Notes under the pieces: generated by a model
Database searches by the model: none
The model's input: only the letters and a program-made list of their open reading frames with translations
Told to the model about the DNA's origin: nothing
In this document: one piece after another, positions 1 through 8,900 of the stretch
Numbering within the stretch: position 1 is the first letter of the stretch
Layout of the letters: the number at the start of each line of letters is the position of its first letter
Position numbers and translations under genes: made by a program
Assembly: GCA_964415155.1 (NCBI GenBank)
Contig: CAYPZY010000002.1
Span: forward strand, 1 to 33,175
Direction: 5' to 3'
Origin: an uncultured Bdellovibrionales bacterium
Lineage (GTDB): Bacteria; Bdellovibrionota; Bdellovibrionia; Bdellovibrionales; SG-bin7
Length of the DNA: 33,175 nt

Positions 1-1155
1 ACTGGCACCGCTAATAATCACCACCGGAGTCTGCAAACCCTTTGCACGTTGCTGAGTTAACCATGTCTGACCATCAGTACCCGGCATGTGTAAATCCAAG
101 GTTATAAGACTCACTTTCTCACGTTTTAAATATTCTGAAGCCTCTTGCGCTGATGCCACTGAGTCCGCACGATAGCCACTTTTAATCAGCAGTTTGGATA
201 GTGAATTTCGAATCGTTGCTGAATCATCAACGATTAAGATTTTTGGAGCGCTTGCCTTCCCGCTAAGTGGAGATTCCTTTTCAAAACAGTAGATAGACTT
301 TCCCAAATCTCGCAGACCGTGTGACGCCGGCTCGATGAAATCGCTGGTCCCAACGATAAAGAGTCCGTTAGGTTTCATGATTTTTGTGAGATTACCAACA
401 ATTTCCTTCATTACGTTTGGTTCAAAGTAAATAAGTGCGTTACGGCAAACCACGATATCGTAGGAGGTAACTCCGATTATTTTTTCGGTCATATTGGCGA
501 CACCAAATTCACAGCGTCGTCGTATTTCTTTATCAAGAGTAAAAAAGCCGCTGGTTTTTCCACTGCCCATGAGCATAAAGTTTCGGTATTTGGGAGGGAT
601 GTTATTGTGCGAACCTCCCTCAGTCTCGTAAATCCCACGCTTGGCCTTTTCGATACTTATTGGATCAATGTCACAACCTGTAATTTTGTAGTCAAACTTT
701 GGATTTTTTTGGCGAATCGACTCCAAAACCAAAGCAAAAGAGTAGGCTTCCTCACCGGTGGAGCTGGCCGCACAATAGATTGTTAGAGGTCTATCAAGAA
801 ATTCGATGACGTTTTCGCTCACAAGTTTTTCGATGAAACTGTAGTGTGATGGTTCGCGAAACCAATTGGTGGTGTGAATGGTGAGTGCAGAAAGTAAATA
901 CTGTCTTTCCTCGGCGTTTGTCTCGGCGAAGTTAAGATATGCAGATATTTCCATTATCTCGGTCGCATGCATTCTCTTTTCAATGTTGTTTAAAAGTATG
1001 TCTTTGCGATAGCGGCCGCGTTGGCAAGTTCCAGTGAGCTTCTCCGCTTTGGAAAAGATTATTTCTTTCTGAGATTCCGTAAAACTTGATTTTGCAGATC
1101 TTTCTGTTTCAAAGCTATCTGATTCTAGATTTGTGGCTTTGCGATTTACAGACAT
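1..1155 (-). CDS. CheR-type MCP methyltransferase fused to a receiver domain. This is the 5' part only; the gene runs off the left edge. It is probably CheR-REC-CheB like the paralog at 23810-25699.
   Basis: My own minus-strand translation from the ATG (cat at 1153-1155) gives MSVNRKATNLESDSF... CheR motifs follow: LTIHTTNWFREPSHY, IYCAASSTGEEAYSF, GCDIDPISIEKAKRGIY, VVCRNALIYFEP. A receiver follows: KILIVDDSATIRNSL...LITLDLHMPGTDGQTWL...TPVVIISGAS. The frame is open and in phase down to position 1 (385 codons). It is absent from the ORF track because no stop lies inside the window. Confidence 0.8.
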   Translation of the reverse strand, partial: MSVNRKATNLESDSFETERSAKSSFTESQKEIIFSKAEKLTGTCQRGRYRKDILLNNIEKRMHATEIMEISAYLNFAETNAEERQYLLSALTIHTTNWFREPSHYSFIEKLVSENVIEFLDRPLTIYCAASSTGEEAYSFALVLESIRQKNPKFDYKITGCDIDPISIEKAKRGIYETEGGSHNNIPPKYRNFMLMGSGKTSGFFTLDKEIRRRCEFGVANMTEKIIGVTSYDIVVCRNALIYFEPNVMKEIVGNLTKIMKPNGLFIVGTSDFIEPASHGLRDLGKSIYCFEKESPLSGKASAPKILIVDDSATIRNSLSKLLIKSGYRADSVASAQEASEYLKREKVSLITLDLHMPGTDGQTWLTQQRAKGLQTPVVIISGAS

Positions 1156-1229
1156 TATTTACTCGTTTCAAAATGATAAATTGATCCTAGAGATTCACAA
1201 TTTACTATCGTCTTTTAAATTACTTGTGT

Positions 1230-2927
1230 TTAGTAAAAAAACATTTGGATCGACGAGTGCTCAAACGTTCTGGACGTGTTCATGTCGACGTTAAACAGAC
1301 AGATAACTTCTGTGCGAGAAAGATGTCTCACATTAAACACGACCTGGTCCGAGTTTTCCAATAACATGAAAAGACCTCGACCCGCACCACCCTTTTTTTC
1401 ATTAAGAGTTCCTGCCTTACCTGTATAACAACTCTCAATATACTTAAGTAGTGTATCACGCTGTAACGACCCAAACGGATCGCGCGCAGAAATTGCCACC
1501 AAAACGCCATCACAGGCGTAGATAAATTCACTTTCTTCTTCAGGTTTCAAATCTACCTGCACACTTCTTGGCAAATGATTGTAAAGGGAGTTACCAGATT
1601 TATCCACCGGCGCATCGTATATCACATTCATTAAAAGCTCTTCAGCAGTAGTGCGACAGCGATCAACAATTGAACCTCGCACTCCCAAGGCCTTTAAGTA
1701 GTCAGCCATTTCTTCAATCAAGTGGCTGCGGTCCTTACTTGATCTTACTTTTTTGACTTGCGGTTTTACACCGGCATCCAGATACTTTTCCACACCAAAA
1801 AAGTCGAAGGTTGCAATTTTGTGGACGGCCGAATGCAGGTTTCTAATCGAAAAATTTCTATCAAATGAATTCTGCGAAATAATTTTGGTGTAACAATCGT
1901 GACCCAATAGTTTGCCGATTGACGACTTAAAGTCCTCTGGCGCCAATAATAGAATTTCCGTCAACGGCTTCTCTTGCTGGATTTTGCGGCCAATTTCTAG
2001 ACAACTGAAATCGAGGCAAACAATGTCATATTCTGAGGATTCAATTTTGCTTTCGGCTTCAGTGGCATTAAGAACAAGATCAAAATCAACGTTGAGACCA
2101 CCTAAAGACAGCTTAGCGAGTAACTGCTGGCGGCGATCCGGTTGTACAATGAGAATCTTTTTGTTTTTGAGTTCTTGCGAGGTTTCAACTCTATTGATCG
2201 TTGAAAGTATTTCCATTAATTCCTCAATTCCCTCGACCGCAGTATTGATGGAATTTGTAATCTTATGCATACCCAACTTCTCTAGTGACGAAGCCTTTTC
2301 CTGGAGAATAGGAATATGTTTATCATAAAAAGATCGCAGCTTAGAAAACGTGAGTTCCTTTGTTTGGTACACTTCCTCAAGTTTGGTAAGGCTATTTCCC
2401 AGCTCTTTAGTTCGTTGCGCAAGCTGTTCTTTAAGAGAGGACAACTCGTTCTGGGCTTTTTCAAAACGTTGTGCCTTTTGCTCCGTCGATAATAATTTGT
2501 CTAACAGGGCCATCGAAATAATTTTCGATACTGCCGCTTGCAGATCGGCGTTAGTAAACGCAGATTCTAAATCCTTAAGGTTAATGGCTAAAAGCTGTGA
2601 TTCAGTTTCGGCGTCGAGCGTGTACGAAGAGAGACCTGGGTTGAGCGCGCTAGGATCAAAAATAATTTCACCTGGCTTGTGAATGAAAAAACTATTAGAT
2701 TTACCGCGATTTACACACAGTCGCCCGTCGATAAGAAAATAAAGAATTTTATGTTTGTCGGCTTCATTGAAGACGATGCTTTTTGCCGCCGCCGTTATTA
2801 GCTTCGAAATCTGTAAAAGTTGCGACAAAGCTTTTGATTTCAATTGAGAAAAGTGCGGCGACTTCGCGAAAAAATCGCGAAGGAAATCCTTATCCGACTT
2901 GTATTTAACCGCTGCGGAATTTCTCAT
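1230..2927 (-). CDS. Multidomain signalling protein: degenerate cNMP-binding-like domain, coiled coil, receiver-like domain with a degenerate acidic pocket, and a C-terminal RsbW/SpoIIAB-like GHKL (HATPase_c_2-type) domain.
   Basis: The ORF runs 1230-2966 from a TTG. I prefer the first ATG at 2927 (MRNSAAVKYK...), but neither start has a clear SD. The N-terminal beta-roll-like stretch is ILYFLIDGRLCVNRGKSNSFFIHKPGEIIFDPSAL, without the FGE...RSA cNMP contact motif. A heptad-rich region follows (KAQNELSSLKEQLAQRTKELGNSLTKLEEV). The receiver-like part reads KKILIVQPDRRQ...YDIVCLDFS...EILLLAPED. The C-terminus shows an N-box-like TTAEELLMNVIYDAP, a G1-like ISARDPFGSL and a G2-like KKGGAGRGLFMLLENSD. 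Confidence 0.6.
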   Translation of the reverse strand: MRNSAAVKYKSDKDFLRDFFAKSPHFSQLKSKALSQLLQISKLITAAAKSIVFNEADKHKILYFLIDGRLCVNRGKSNSFFIHKPGEIIFDPSALNPGLSSYTLDAETESQLLAINLKDLESAFTNADLQAAVSKIISMALLDKLLSTEQKAQRFEKAQNELSSLKEQLAQRTKELGNSLTKLEEVYQTKELTFSKLRSFYDKHIPILQEKASSLEKLGMHKITNSINTAVEGIEELMEILSTINRVETSQELKNKKILIVQPDRRQQLLAKLSLGGLNVDFDLVLNATEAESKIESSEYDIVCLDFSCLEIGRKIQQEKPLTEILLLAPEDFKSSIGKLLGHDCYTKIISQNSFDRNFSIRNLHSAVHKIATFDFFGVEKYLDAGVKPQVKKVRSSKDRSHLIEEMADYLKALGVRGSIVDRCRTTAEELLMNVIYDAPVDKSGNSLYNHLPRSVQVDLKPEEESEFIYACDGVLVAISARDPFGSLQRDTLLKYIESCYTGKAGTLNEKKGGAGRGLFMLLENSDQVVFNVRHLSRTEVICLFNVDMNTSRTFEHSSIQMFFY

Positions 2928-3019
2928 ACTACTATTGCTTACATATATTGTAATTCGACTCGACAATAAGGTCGACAGATTGTGTAAGGACCTTACTTAA
3001 GTAATAAGGAAAGACTATA

Positions 3020-3574
3020 CTAAAGTGTTACCACTCGAATGTCTGGATCAAACTCATCCCTAAGTATAGACTCGATAGCCATCAATGTGCCTGCAGTCGC
3101 GCTGGGACATGTTCCACACGCGCCTTCATAACGAACTTCAAGAACGTGATCCGCATAAGAGATAACTTCAATATCTCCGCCATCTCCTTGCAATCCAGGG
3201 CGGACGGTTTTATCTAAAAGCTCTTCGATTCTCATAATATTAGGGTCTGTCGAAGTCCTTTTAGGAGCGGATTTTGAAATTTCAAAATCAGGATGATGAA
3301 TATCGATGTTTCTGCGGATGACCGCGCAAACATTCTCCTCTTGTGAGGACGGATCAACTTCTTCAGAAAAAGTAACGGTGATAAAATTCTCGTAGAAATG
3401 AAGTTGTGAAACACCGTTTAAATCAAATAATGCTGTCGCAAGTTTCACCGATTCTGCTTCATCGCGATTGCTAAATGTCGCTTTGCCTGAAGTCTTTACT
3501 TCTCTATTAAGAACAAACTTCAAAGCGCGAGGGTTCGGTGTCGGTTGAACGTGGATTAAAAGATCTTCATTCAT
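3020..3574 (-). CDS. Nfu/NifU-like Fe-S cluster carrier (Nfu_N domain plus NifU C-terminal CxxC domain).
   Basis: IHVQPTPNPRALKFVLN matches the Nfu_N signature. GGDIEVISYADHVLEVRYEGACGTCPSATAGTL matches the NifU_C CxxC motif. Its start shares an ATGA overlap with the sufS stop, making it the last gene of the suf operon. Confidence 0.85.
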   Translation of the reverse strand: MNEDLLIHVQPTPNPRALKFVLNREVKTSGKATFSNRDEAESVKLATALFDLNGVSQLHFYENFITVTFSEEVDPSSQEENVCAVIRRNIDIHHPDFEISKSAPKRTSTDPNIMRIEELLDKTVRPGLQGDGGDIEVISYADHVLEVRYEGACGTCPSATAGTLMAIESILRDEFDPDIRVVTL

Positions 3575-4794
3575 GAGAGTAACTCCCTAGCCTTTTTAAT
3601 TCCCTCGATCAAACGGTTTATGTCGCTATCATTATTGTAAAGCGAAAAAGAGGCCCTGACGGTCGCCGGAACCTTTAATCTATTCATTAAAATTTGTGCA
3701 CAATGATGACCGGCGCGAACGGCAATGCCCTGTTGATCGAGAATAGAGGCGACATCACTTGCGTGATGACTTTCTAGATTAAATGACAATATTGCCGCTT
3801 TGTCAGCAGTCGTCCCATAGACTTGCAAGCCCTCTAAGGACTCTAGGTGCTTTTCAAGCGTCTTTCTTAGGTTCAATTCGTAATTTGAAATTGCCTTAAA
3901 ATCGTATGCTTTAATAAAATCAATAGCAGCGCCAAAACCAATAACTCCAGCTATATTTGGCGTTCCAGCTTCAAATTTATAAGGAAGGTCGGCTGTCGTG
4001 AATCCATCTCGAGTTACTTCGCCGATCATACCACCACCACCAAGACTCGGCGGTAGTTTTTCCAGCCAATCTTTTTTACCGTAAAGTACGCCGACCCCAA
4101 AAGGTCCAAACATCTTATGCGCTGAAAAGGTCAGAAAATCACAGTTTAAATCCTGCACATCAACCGGCTGAATTGCTACTGCTTGAGCGGCATCAACAAC
4201 CGTAACGACATCATATTTTTTTGCCAACTTAAAAATCTCTTTGAGCGGATTAATTGTTCCAAGAACATTGGAGATCAACGCCAAAGACAAGATCTTCGTT
4301 TTTGCAGAGATCATGTCGTGAAGAGCTTGAAGATCTAAAGCACCGTCTTGTTTAATCGGTGCAAATCTTACCTTGCAGCCAATGTCACGCGCCACAATTT
4401 GCCAAGGAACGATATTTGAATGATGTTCCATTTCGCTAAGAACAATCTCATCCCCAGCCTTCAAATACCCTTTGGCAAGAGAAGCGGCTACCATATTGAT
4501 CGCAGCGGTGGTTCCAGAAGTGAAAATGATCTCATCGGAACTTGTCGCATTGATAAACCTTTGTGTCTTACTTCTGACGCCCTCAAAGGATTCTGTGGCT
4601 TTGGAACTCAAGTAATGAGCTCCACGATGAACATTTGACGCCTCAAAAAGATTAAACTGATTCATGGCTTCGACAACTCGTCTAGGCTTCAAAGTCGTGG
4701 CGGCACTATCGAGGTATACAAGATCTCTGCCGTGCACTTTTGAATGCAAGACTGGAAATTCATTTCTAAGATCACCAATTGCGAAGTTAGTCAT
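3571..4794 (-). CDS. sufS: Cysteine desulfurase SufS (class V aminotransferase, group II).
   Basis: FSAHKMFGPFGVGVLYGK carries the PLP lysine context. RAGHHCAQ carries the catalytic cysteine loop. The track ORF starts at TTG 4812. ATG 4794 gives MTNFAIGDL... and an ATGACTAA overlap with the sufD stop, for 407 aa, close to typical SufS length. Confidence 0.9.
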   Translation of the reverse strand: MTNFAIGDLRNEFPVLHSKVHGRDLVYLDSAATTLKPRRVVEAMNQFNLFEASNVHRGAHYLSSKATESFEGVRSKTQRFINATSSDEIIFTSGTTAAINMVAASLAKGYLKAGDEIVLSEMEHHSNIVPWQIVARDIGCKVRFAPIKQDGALDLQALHDMISAKTKILSLALISNVLGTINPLKEIFKLAKKYDVVTVVDAAQAVAIQPVDVQDLNCDFLTFSAHKMFGPFGVGVLYGKKDWLEKLPPSLGGGGMIGEVTRDGFTTADLPYKFEAGTPNIAGVIGFGAAIDFIKAYDFKAISNYELNLRKTLEKHLESLEGLQVYGTTADKAAILSFNLESHHASDVASILDQQGIAVRAGHHCAQILMNRLKVPATVRASFSLYNNDSDINRLIEGIKKARELLS

Positions 4795-6028
4795 CTGCCT
4801 TAACACCTGCAATATTTAGTTTAATCATTCGCTCACACGCTTTTCTTATTTCTCCGTCCACACCAAGCGCCAACACCTCGTCGATAAACGCCTGCCCCAA
4901 AATTTCTTTGGCGAGAGGCAAGGGAATGGCTCTACTTTGCAAATAGAACAGTTCTTCATCACTGAATCGACCAATCGTCGTTCCATGATTTGCCTTCACA
5001 TCGTCGTTATAAATTTCCAATTGCGGGCGGGTAATGACTTCCGCACGATCGCCGAGTGCAAGGTTTCGATTGAGCTGAGATGTCGTCGACTTTGCACAAT
5101 TTTTTTCAATATGAATAACACCATTAAAAATGGCTTTCGCGGTATCGGAAACAATTCCCTTATACAATTGCATACTGTGCGTATTGGAACTTTGATGAAA
5201 AATTTTGGTGCAATGATCTGTCACCTGACTATCCCTCGCCAGGTAAAGACCGACGACCTCGCTACGCGAATCGCTTCCCTTCAGGAAACAGCGCAAGTCA
5301 AATCGCGACCACTCTGCTCCTACCGACAAATTAAAGAACCTTGATTGCGATTTTTCTTTATGCTCACAAGTCACTTCGTGAAAAACTTTTCCCTTTGCAG
5401 AGGAGTTCTGAATAACAGCATGTTCAATACGAGACGAGACTTCCAAATTAATATCGGTGACATGGTTTAGCACTCCGACCGCTAGAACAACCTCATTCAC
5501 TTGCGCTTTTACATGCTCCGAAACAGCGAGATTCAATCGCGTCGAAACAGATAAACCTTCGCCGACAAAATGCAGAATCGTCATCGGGTACTGTTGATTG
5601 CTCTCAAAATTAACAACCAGACTTTCCGTCAAAAAAGCACTATTTAGGTCAGTAAGATAACTTTTTTCACGGACCGGCACCGCCTCTAGCTTAACACCGT
5701 CAGCTGGACGAGAAAGACCATGACAGTAAACACCGTTAAATAAAACCACATAGTTCTCTTGAACTTTAAGCTCCTTCAGAGCTTCGGCCACTTGCTTTTC
5801 TATGTTCGCCACAGCTGCATCACCACCAGGATTGGCAAATGAGAGGTATTCTTTAACCTTGTTAAGATTAGAATACTTCCAGTCTTCATCTCCCGCAGTA
5901 GGAAACCCTCTTTGCAAAAAAGACTGCAGACCCGAGGTGTGTTGCGCCCTCAGTGACTTTCCAAAACCACGTTTTAAAAATTGATCGTGGTTTTTAACGA
6001 TCTGTTCGGTCGTCACATTAGAGTTCAT
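4787..6028 (-). CDS. sufD: Fe-S cluster assembly protein SufD.
   Basis: The C-terminus reads ANHGTTIGRFSDEELFYLQSRAIPLPLAKEILGQAFIDEV, typical of the SufB/SufD family. It sits between sufC and sufS with overlapping stop and start codons. Confidence 0.85.
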   Translation of the reverse strand: MNSNVTTEQIVKNHDQFLKRGFGKSLRAQHTSGLQSFLQRGFPTAGDEDWKYSNLNKVKEYLSFANPGGDAAVANIEKQVAEALKELKVQENYVVLFNGVYCHGLSRPADGVKLEAVPVREKSYLTDLNSAFLTESLVVNFESNQQYPMTILHFVGEGLSVSTRLNLAVSEHVKAQVNEVVLAVGVLNHVTDINLEVSSRIEHAVIQNSSAKGKVFHEVTCEHKEKSQSRFFNLSVGAEWSRFDLRCFLKGSDSRSEVVGLYLARDSQVTDHCTKIFHQSSNTHSMQLYKGIVSDTAKAIFNGVIHIEKNCAKSTTSQLNRNLALGDRAEVITRPQLEIYNDDVKANHGTTIGRFSDEELFYLQSRAIPLPLAKEILGQAFIDEVLALGVDGEIRKACERMIKLNIAGVKADD

Positions 6029-6792
6029 TGCATTGCCGCCTCACGCTGTACCCAATCGTAGCCGTCTTTTTCTAATCGCAACGCCAACGATTTATCACCT
6101 GATTTAATAATTCTTCCGTTCATCTGAACGTGCACAAAATCAGGTTGGATAAAGTTAAGTAAACGTTGGTAATGCGTGATTAAGACAATGGCGTTGGATT
6201 TACTTCTTAATTTATTCACGCCCCCAGCTACCACTTTTAGCGCGTCTATGTCTAGACCTGAATCCGTTTCATCCAAAACGCAGAGACGCGGAGACATAAT
6301 GGCCATTTGTAGAATCTCATTCTTCTTCTTTTCTCCGCCGGAAAATCCAGCATTCACAGAACGCTCCAAGAAAGAGCCATCAAGTTCTACAATTTTAGCC
6401 TTCTCTTTTATGATTTTTCGAAATTCATCGATGGAAACTTCATTGGTACCATGATGTTTGCAAAGCTGATTGAATGATAAATGCAAAAAAGTCTCATTAG
6501 ACACGCCAGGAATTTCGACAGGGTACTGAAAGGCCAAGAATACACCCTCTTTAGCGCGTTCATCGACACTCATCGCTAAAAGATCTCGCTTCTTAAAATT
6601 CACTTCATAGGAGACTTTGCCGCCGGTCACTTGATAGGAAGTATGACCAGCCAAAACTTTTGCAAATGAACTTTTGCCAGAACCGTTAGGTCCCATGATC
6701 GCATGCACCTCACCAGCCTTAACTTGCAAATTAAAACCATTCAAAACATCTTTCGTTTCAATTTTTGCACTCAGATTCTCAACGGTTAACAT
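6025..6792 (-). CDS. sufC: Fe-S cluster assembly ATPase SufC.
   Basis: Walker A is GPNGSGKSS. The signature is FSGGEKKKNEILQM. Walker B is LCVLDETDSGLDIDAL. The H-loop is LITHYQRLL. Confidence 0.95.
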   Translation of the reverse strand: MLTVENLSAKIETKDVLNGFNLQVKAGEVHAIMGPNGSGKSSFAKVLAGHTSYQVTGGKVSYEVNFKKRDLLAMSVDERAKEGVFLAFQYPVEIPGVSNETFLHLSFNQLCKHHGTNEVSIDEFRKIIKEKAKIVELDGSFLERSVNAGFSGGEKKKNEILQMAIMSPRLCVLDETDSGLDIDALKVVAGGVNKLRSKSNAIVLITHYQRLLNFIQPDFVHVQMNGRIIKSGDKSLALRLEKDGYDWVQREAAMQ

Positions 6793-6802
6793 TCAACTGC
6801 TC

Positions 6803-8239
6803 CTAACCAATACTGTTTTCAAGTTTCATTTCGATCAGCTTAACTGCTTCCACAGAAAATTCTAAAGGCAGCTGCTTAAAAACATCTTTACAAAAACCAT
6901 TAACTAACAAAGAAACAGCTCCCTCTTTATCAATTCCACGCGACTGCAAATAGAAAAGCTGATCTTCACTTACTCGCGAGGTCGAAGCCTCATGCTCTAC
7001 AATGGACGTCGCGTTTTTATTTTCTATGTAAGGAAAGGTCACCGCGGCCGATTTATCGCCAACCAGCATCGAATCGCATTGCGAATAGTTTCTAGCGCCT
7101 TTCGCCGACGGTAAGATTTTTACTTGGCCGCGATAGGTATTTACAGATGACCCTGTGGAAATACCTTTTGAAACAATTGTGCTCTTTGTGTTTTTACCTA
7201 TGTGTATCATTTTCGTGCCCGTATCTGCCTGCATTTTATCGTGCGTCAGCGCTACCGAGTAGAAAGCCCCGACAGAATTATCCCCTTGCAAGATACAGCT
7301 GGGATATTTCCAAGTGATTGCCGAGCCAGATTCAACCTGAGTCCACGATATGCGAGCACTGTCAAAACACTTTCCCCGTTTGGTCACAAAGTTATAGACG
7401 CCGCCGCGACCGTTCTTATCTCCGGTATACCAATTTTGTACTGTTGAATAACGTATTTCAGCGCCAGGCAAAGCCACCAATTCAACGACGGCAGCATGGA
7501 GTTGATTCTCATCTCGCTGAGGAGCCGTACATCCCTCGAGATAATTCACGAAACTACCTTCGTCCGCAATCACGAGAGTACGCTCAAACTGCCCTGTCTC
7601 TTTGGCGTTGATGCGAAAATAGGTCGAAAGATCAATCGGACATCTTACTCCCTTAGGGATATAACAAAACGAACCATCACTAAAGACAGCGGAGTTCAAA
7701 GTCGCGAAAAAATTGTCTGTATAGGGCACGACAGATCCCAAATATTTCTGCACGAGTTCCGGGTATTTTTCTACCGCTTCACTAATCGAGCAAAAGATGA
7801 CGCCCACTTTTTCTAACTCTTCCTGATGAGTTGTTCCTAAGGAGACACTATCAAAAACAATATCTACCGCTACACCCGAAATTCGTTTTTGTTCCGAGAG
7901 AGGAATTCCTAATTTTTCAAAAGTTGCCAAAAGCTCAGGATCAAGTTCATTAAGACTTTTCGGTCCTTCGGTATTCGTCGTTTTTGGTGCCGAGTAATAT
8001 GAAATATTTTGGAAATCAATGGGTTCATATTTTACTTTAGCCCAATTTGGCTCTTCCATTTTTTGCCAATAGTTAAAAGCTTTGAGGCGAAAATCCAAAA
8101 GAAACTGAGGCTCATTCTTTTTTGCAGAAATTCTTCGAATGATGTCTTCGTTTAAACCTTTAGGAAAAGTTTCTGTTTGGATATCGGTGGTAAAACCATA
8201 TTTATATTCATTAACTGAACTGGTGCTGGAGGACTTCAT
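6803..8239 (-). CDS. sufB: Fe-S cluster assembly scaffold SufB.
   Basis: 478 aa. [34 protein letters not shown] is the classic SufB C-terminus. It lies upstream of sufCD. Confidence 0.95.
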   Translation of the reverse strand: MKSSSTSSVNEYKYGFTTDIQTETFPKGLNEDIIRRISAKKNEPQFLLDFRLKAFNYWQKMEEPNWAKVKYEPIDFQNISYYSAPKTTNTEGPKSLNELDPELLATFEKLGIPLSEQKRISGVAVDIVFDSVSLGTTHQEELEKVGVIFCSISEAVEKYPELVQKYLGSVVPYTDNFFATLNSAVFSDGSFCYIPKGVRCPIDLSTYFRINAKETGQFERTLVIADEGSFVNYLEGCTAPQRDENQLHAAVVELVALPGAEIRYSTVQNWYTGDKNGRGGVYNFVTKRGKCFDSARISWTQVESGSAITWKYPSCILQGDNSVGAFYSVALTHDKMQADTGTKMIHIGKNTKSTIVSKGISTGSSVNTYRGQVKILPSAKGARNYSQCDSMLVGDKSAAVTFPYIENKNATSIVEHEASTSRVSEDQLFYLQSRGIDKEGAVSLLVNGFCKDVFKQLPLEFSVEAVKLIEMKLENSIG

Positions 8240-8688
8240 AAAGAATGCTCCTCAAGCATTGAAACCCTATTTGCTTTCGCTTTTTTACCTTGTAGAATTT
8301 CTTGAATAGTTAGACCGCGATAAAATTCTTCCATTCGCGCATTCAAATTCGCAATCGGCCCCAAGATGTTGCAGGTTTCTTTGATTTCACAGTCATGATT
8401 CTTAACCTGCAAACACTTCACCAGCGTTTGCGGGCCAAGGACCGTTGAGAAAAGATCGTGCAGAGATACCTTAGATAAATCTTTTTGAATATGATAGCCA
8501 CCGAAAGTCCCTTGCTCGGACTTTAAGATTTGCTTACGACTAAGTGTTTGCAAAACTTTTGCTAGGACATCGCCCGGGCAGCCATATAGCTCCGCTATCT
8601 CCTTAACAGAAGTTAGTTCTCCCGGTCGCTTTTGGTTCATATGCTTTAACGCAATCAAAGCATACTCGACTTTACGGTTGATCCGCAT
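8236..8688 (-). CDS. Rrf2-family transcriptional regulator (IscR/SufR-like), first gene of the suf operon.
   Basis: [17 protein letters not shown] plus [39 protein letters not shown] form the Rrf2 winged helix. Cysteines are spaced C-x7-C-x5-C ([16 protein letters not shown]), consistent with a cluster-ligating Rrf2. Its stop overlaps the sufB start. Confidence 0.85.
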   Translation of the reverse strand: MRINRKVEYALIALKHMNQKRPGELTSVKEIAELYGCPGDVLAKVLQTLSRKQILKSEQGTFGGYHIQKDLSKVSLHDLFSTVLGPQTLVKCLQVKNHDCEIKETCNILGPIANLNARMEEFYRGLTIQEILQGKKAKANRVSMLEEHSL

Positions 8689-8694
8689 GCAACT

Positions 8695-8718
8695 CCTCTA
8701 TATAAACCTCTATATAAA
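8695..8718. repeat. Perfect tandem 12-bp direct repeat (CCTCTATATAAA x2) immediately upstream of the rrf2 start.
   Basis: Read directly: 8695-8706 and 8707-8718 are identical. On the coding (minus) strand this reads TTTATATAGAGG TTTATATAGAGG AGTTGC ATG, so the proximal copy supplies the SD-like GAGGAG. Confidence 0.9.
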
Positions 8719-8792
8719 GGGGCCATTTTAACCCCAACATGATTTGGATTTATCAGCCGCATGCTAGACTCAGCTATACTTACAGTCAACAC

Positions 8793-8817
8793 AAATAGGT
8801 CTTTTTTAGTCCTATTT
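8793..8817. promoter_or_regulatory. 25-bp near-perfect palindrome, a candidate Rrf2 operator in the suf / GDPD-like divergent intergenic region.
   Basis: The sequence is AAATAGGTCT-TTTTT-AGTCCTATTT, with arms matching 9/10. It lies about 105-130 nt upstream of the rrf2 ATG. The size and AGTC-containing arms resemble the published IscR type-1 site class (ATASYYGACTRwwwYAGTCRRSTAT). The resemblance is judged by eye only. Confidence 0.35.
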
Positions 8818-8900
8818 ATAGATTCTTGTTACTCAACATGGGACATTGCTTGTTTAGATAAAGCTTCCTTATTTCAAAGGATTGGCATTACGCACAACGT

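Noticed and set aside
6117-6130. The palindrome CGTTCATCTGAACG inside sufC, superficially similar to the GTTCATCNGATGAAC motif.
   Set aside because: The arm sequence and spacing differ (TGAACG versus GATGAAC). It is a single occurrence inside a highly conserved coding region, so chance is the simplest explanation.
1328-8239. Many 60-138-aa track ORFs lie inside or antisense to the large signalling gene and the suf genes. Examples: 1328-1531, 1912-2328, 2282-2464, 2350-2682, 3232-3414, 4420-4638, 4937-5344, 5802-5984, 6176-6454, 6674-6865, 7202-7447, 7318-7611, 7496-7816.
   Set aside because: All are fully embedded in longer ORFs that carry unmistakable family motifs. Their translations are low-complexity (Ser/Arg/Leu-rich), they have no SD sequences, and they show no recognisable motifs.
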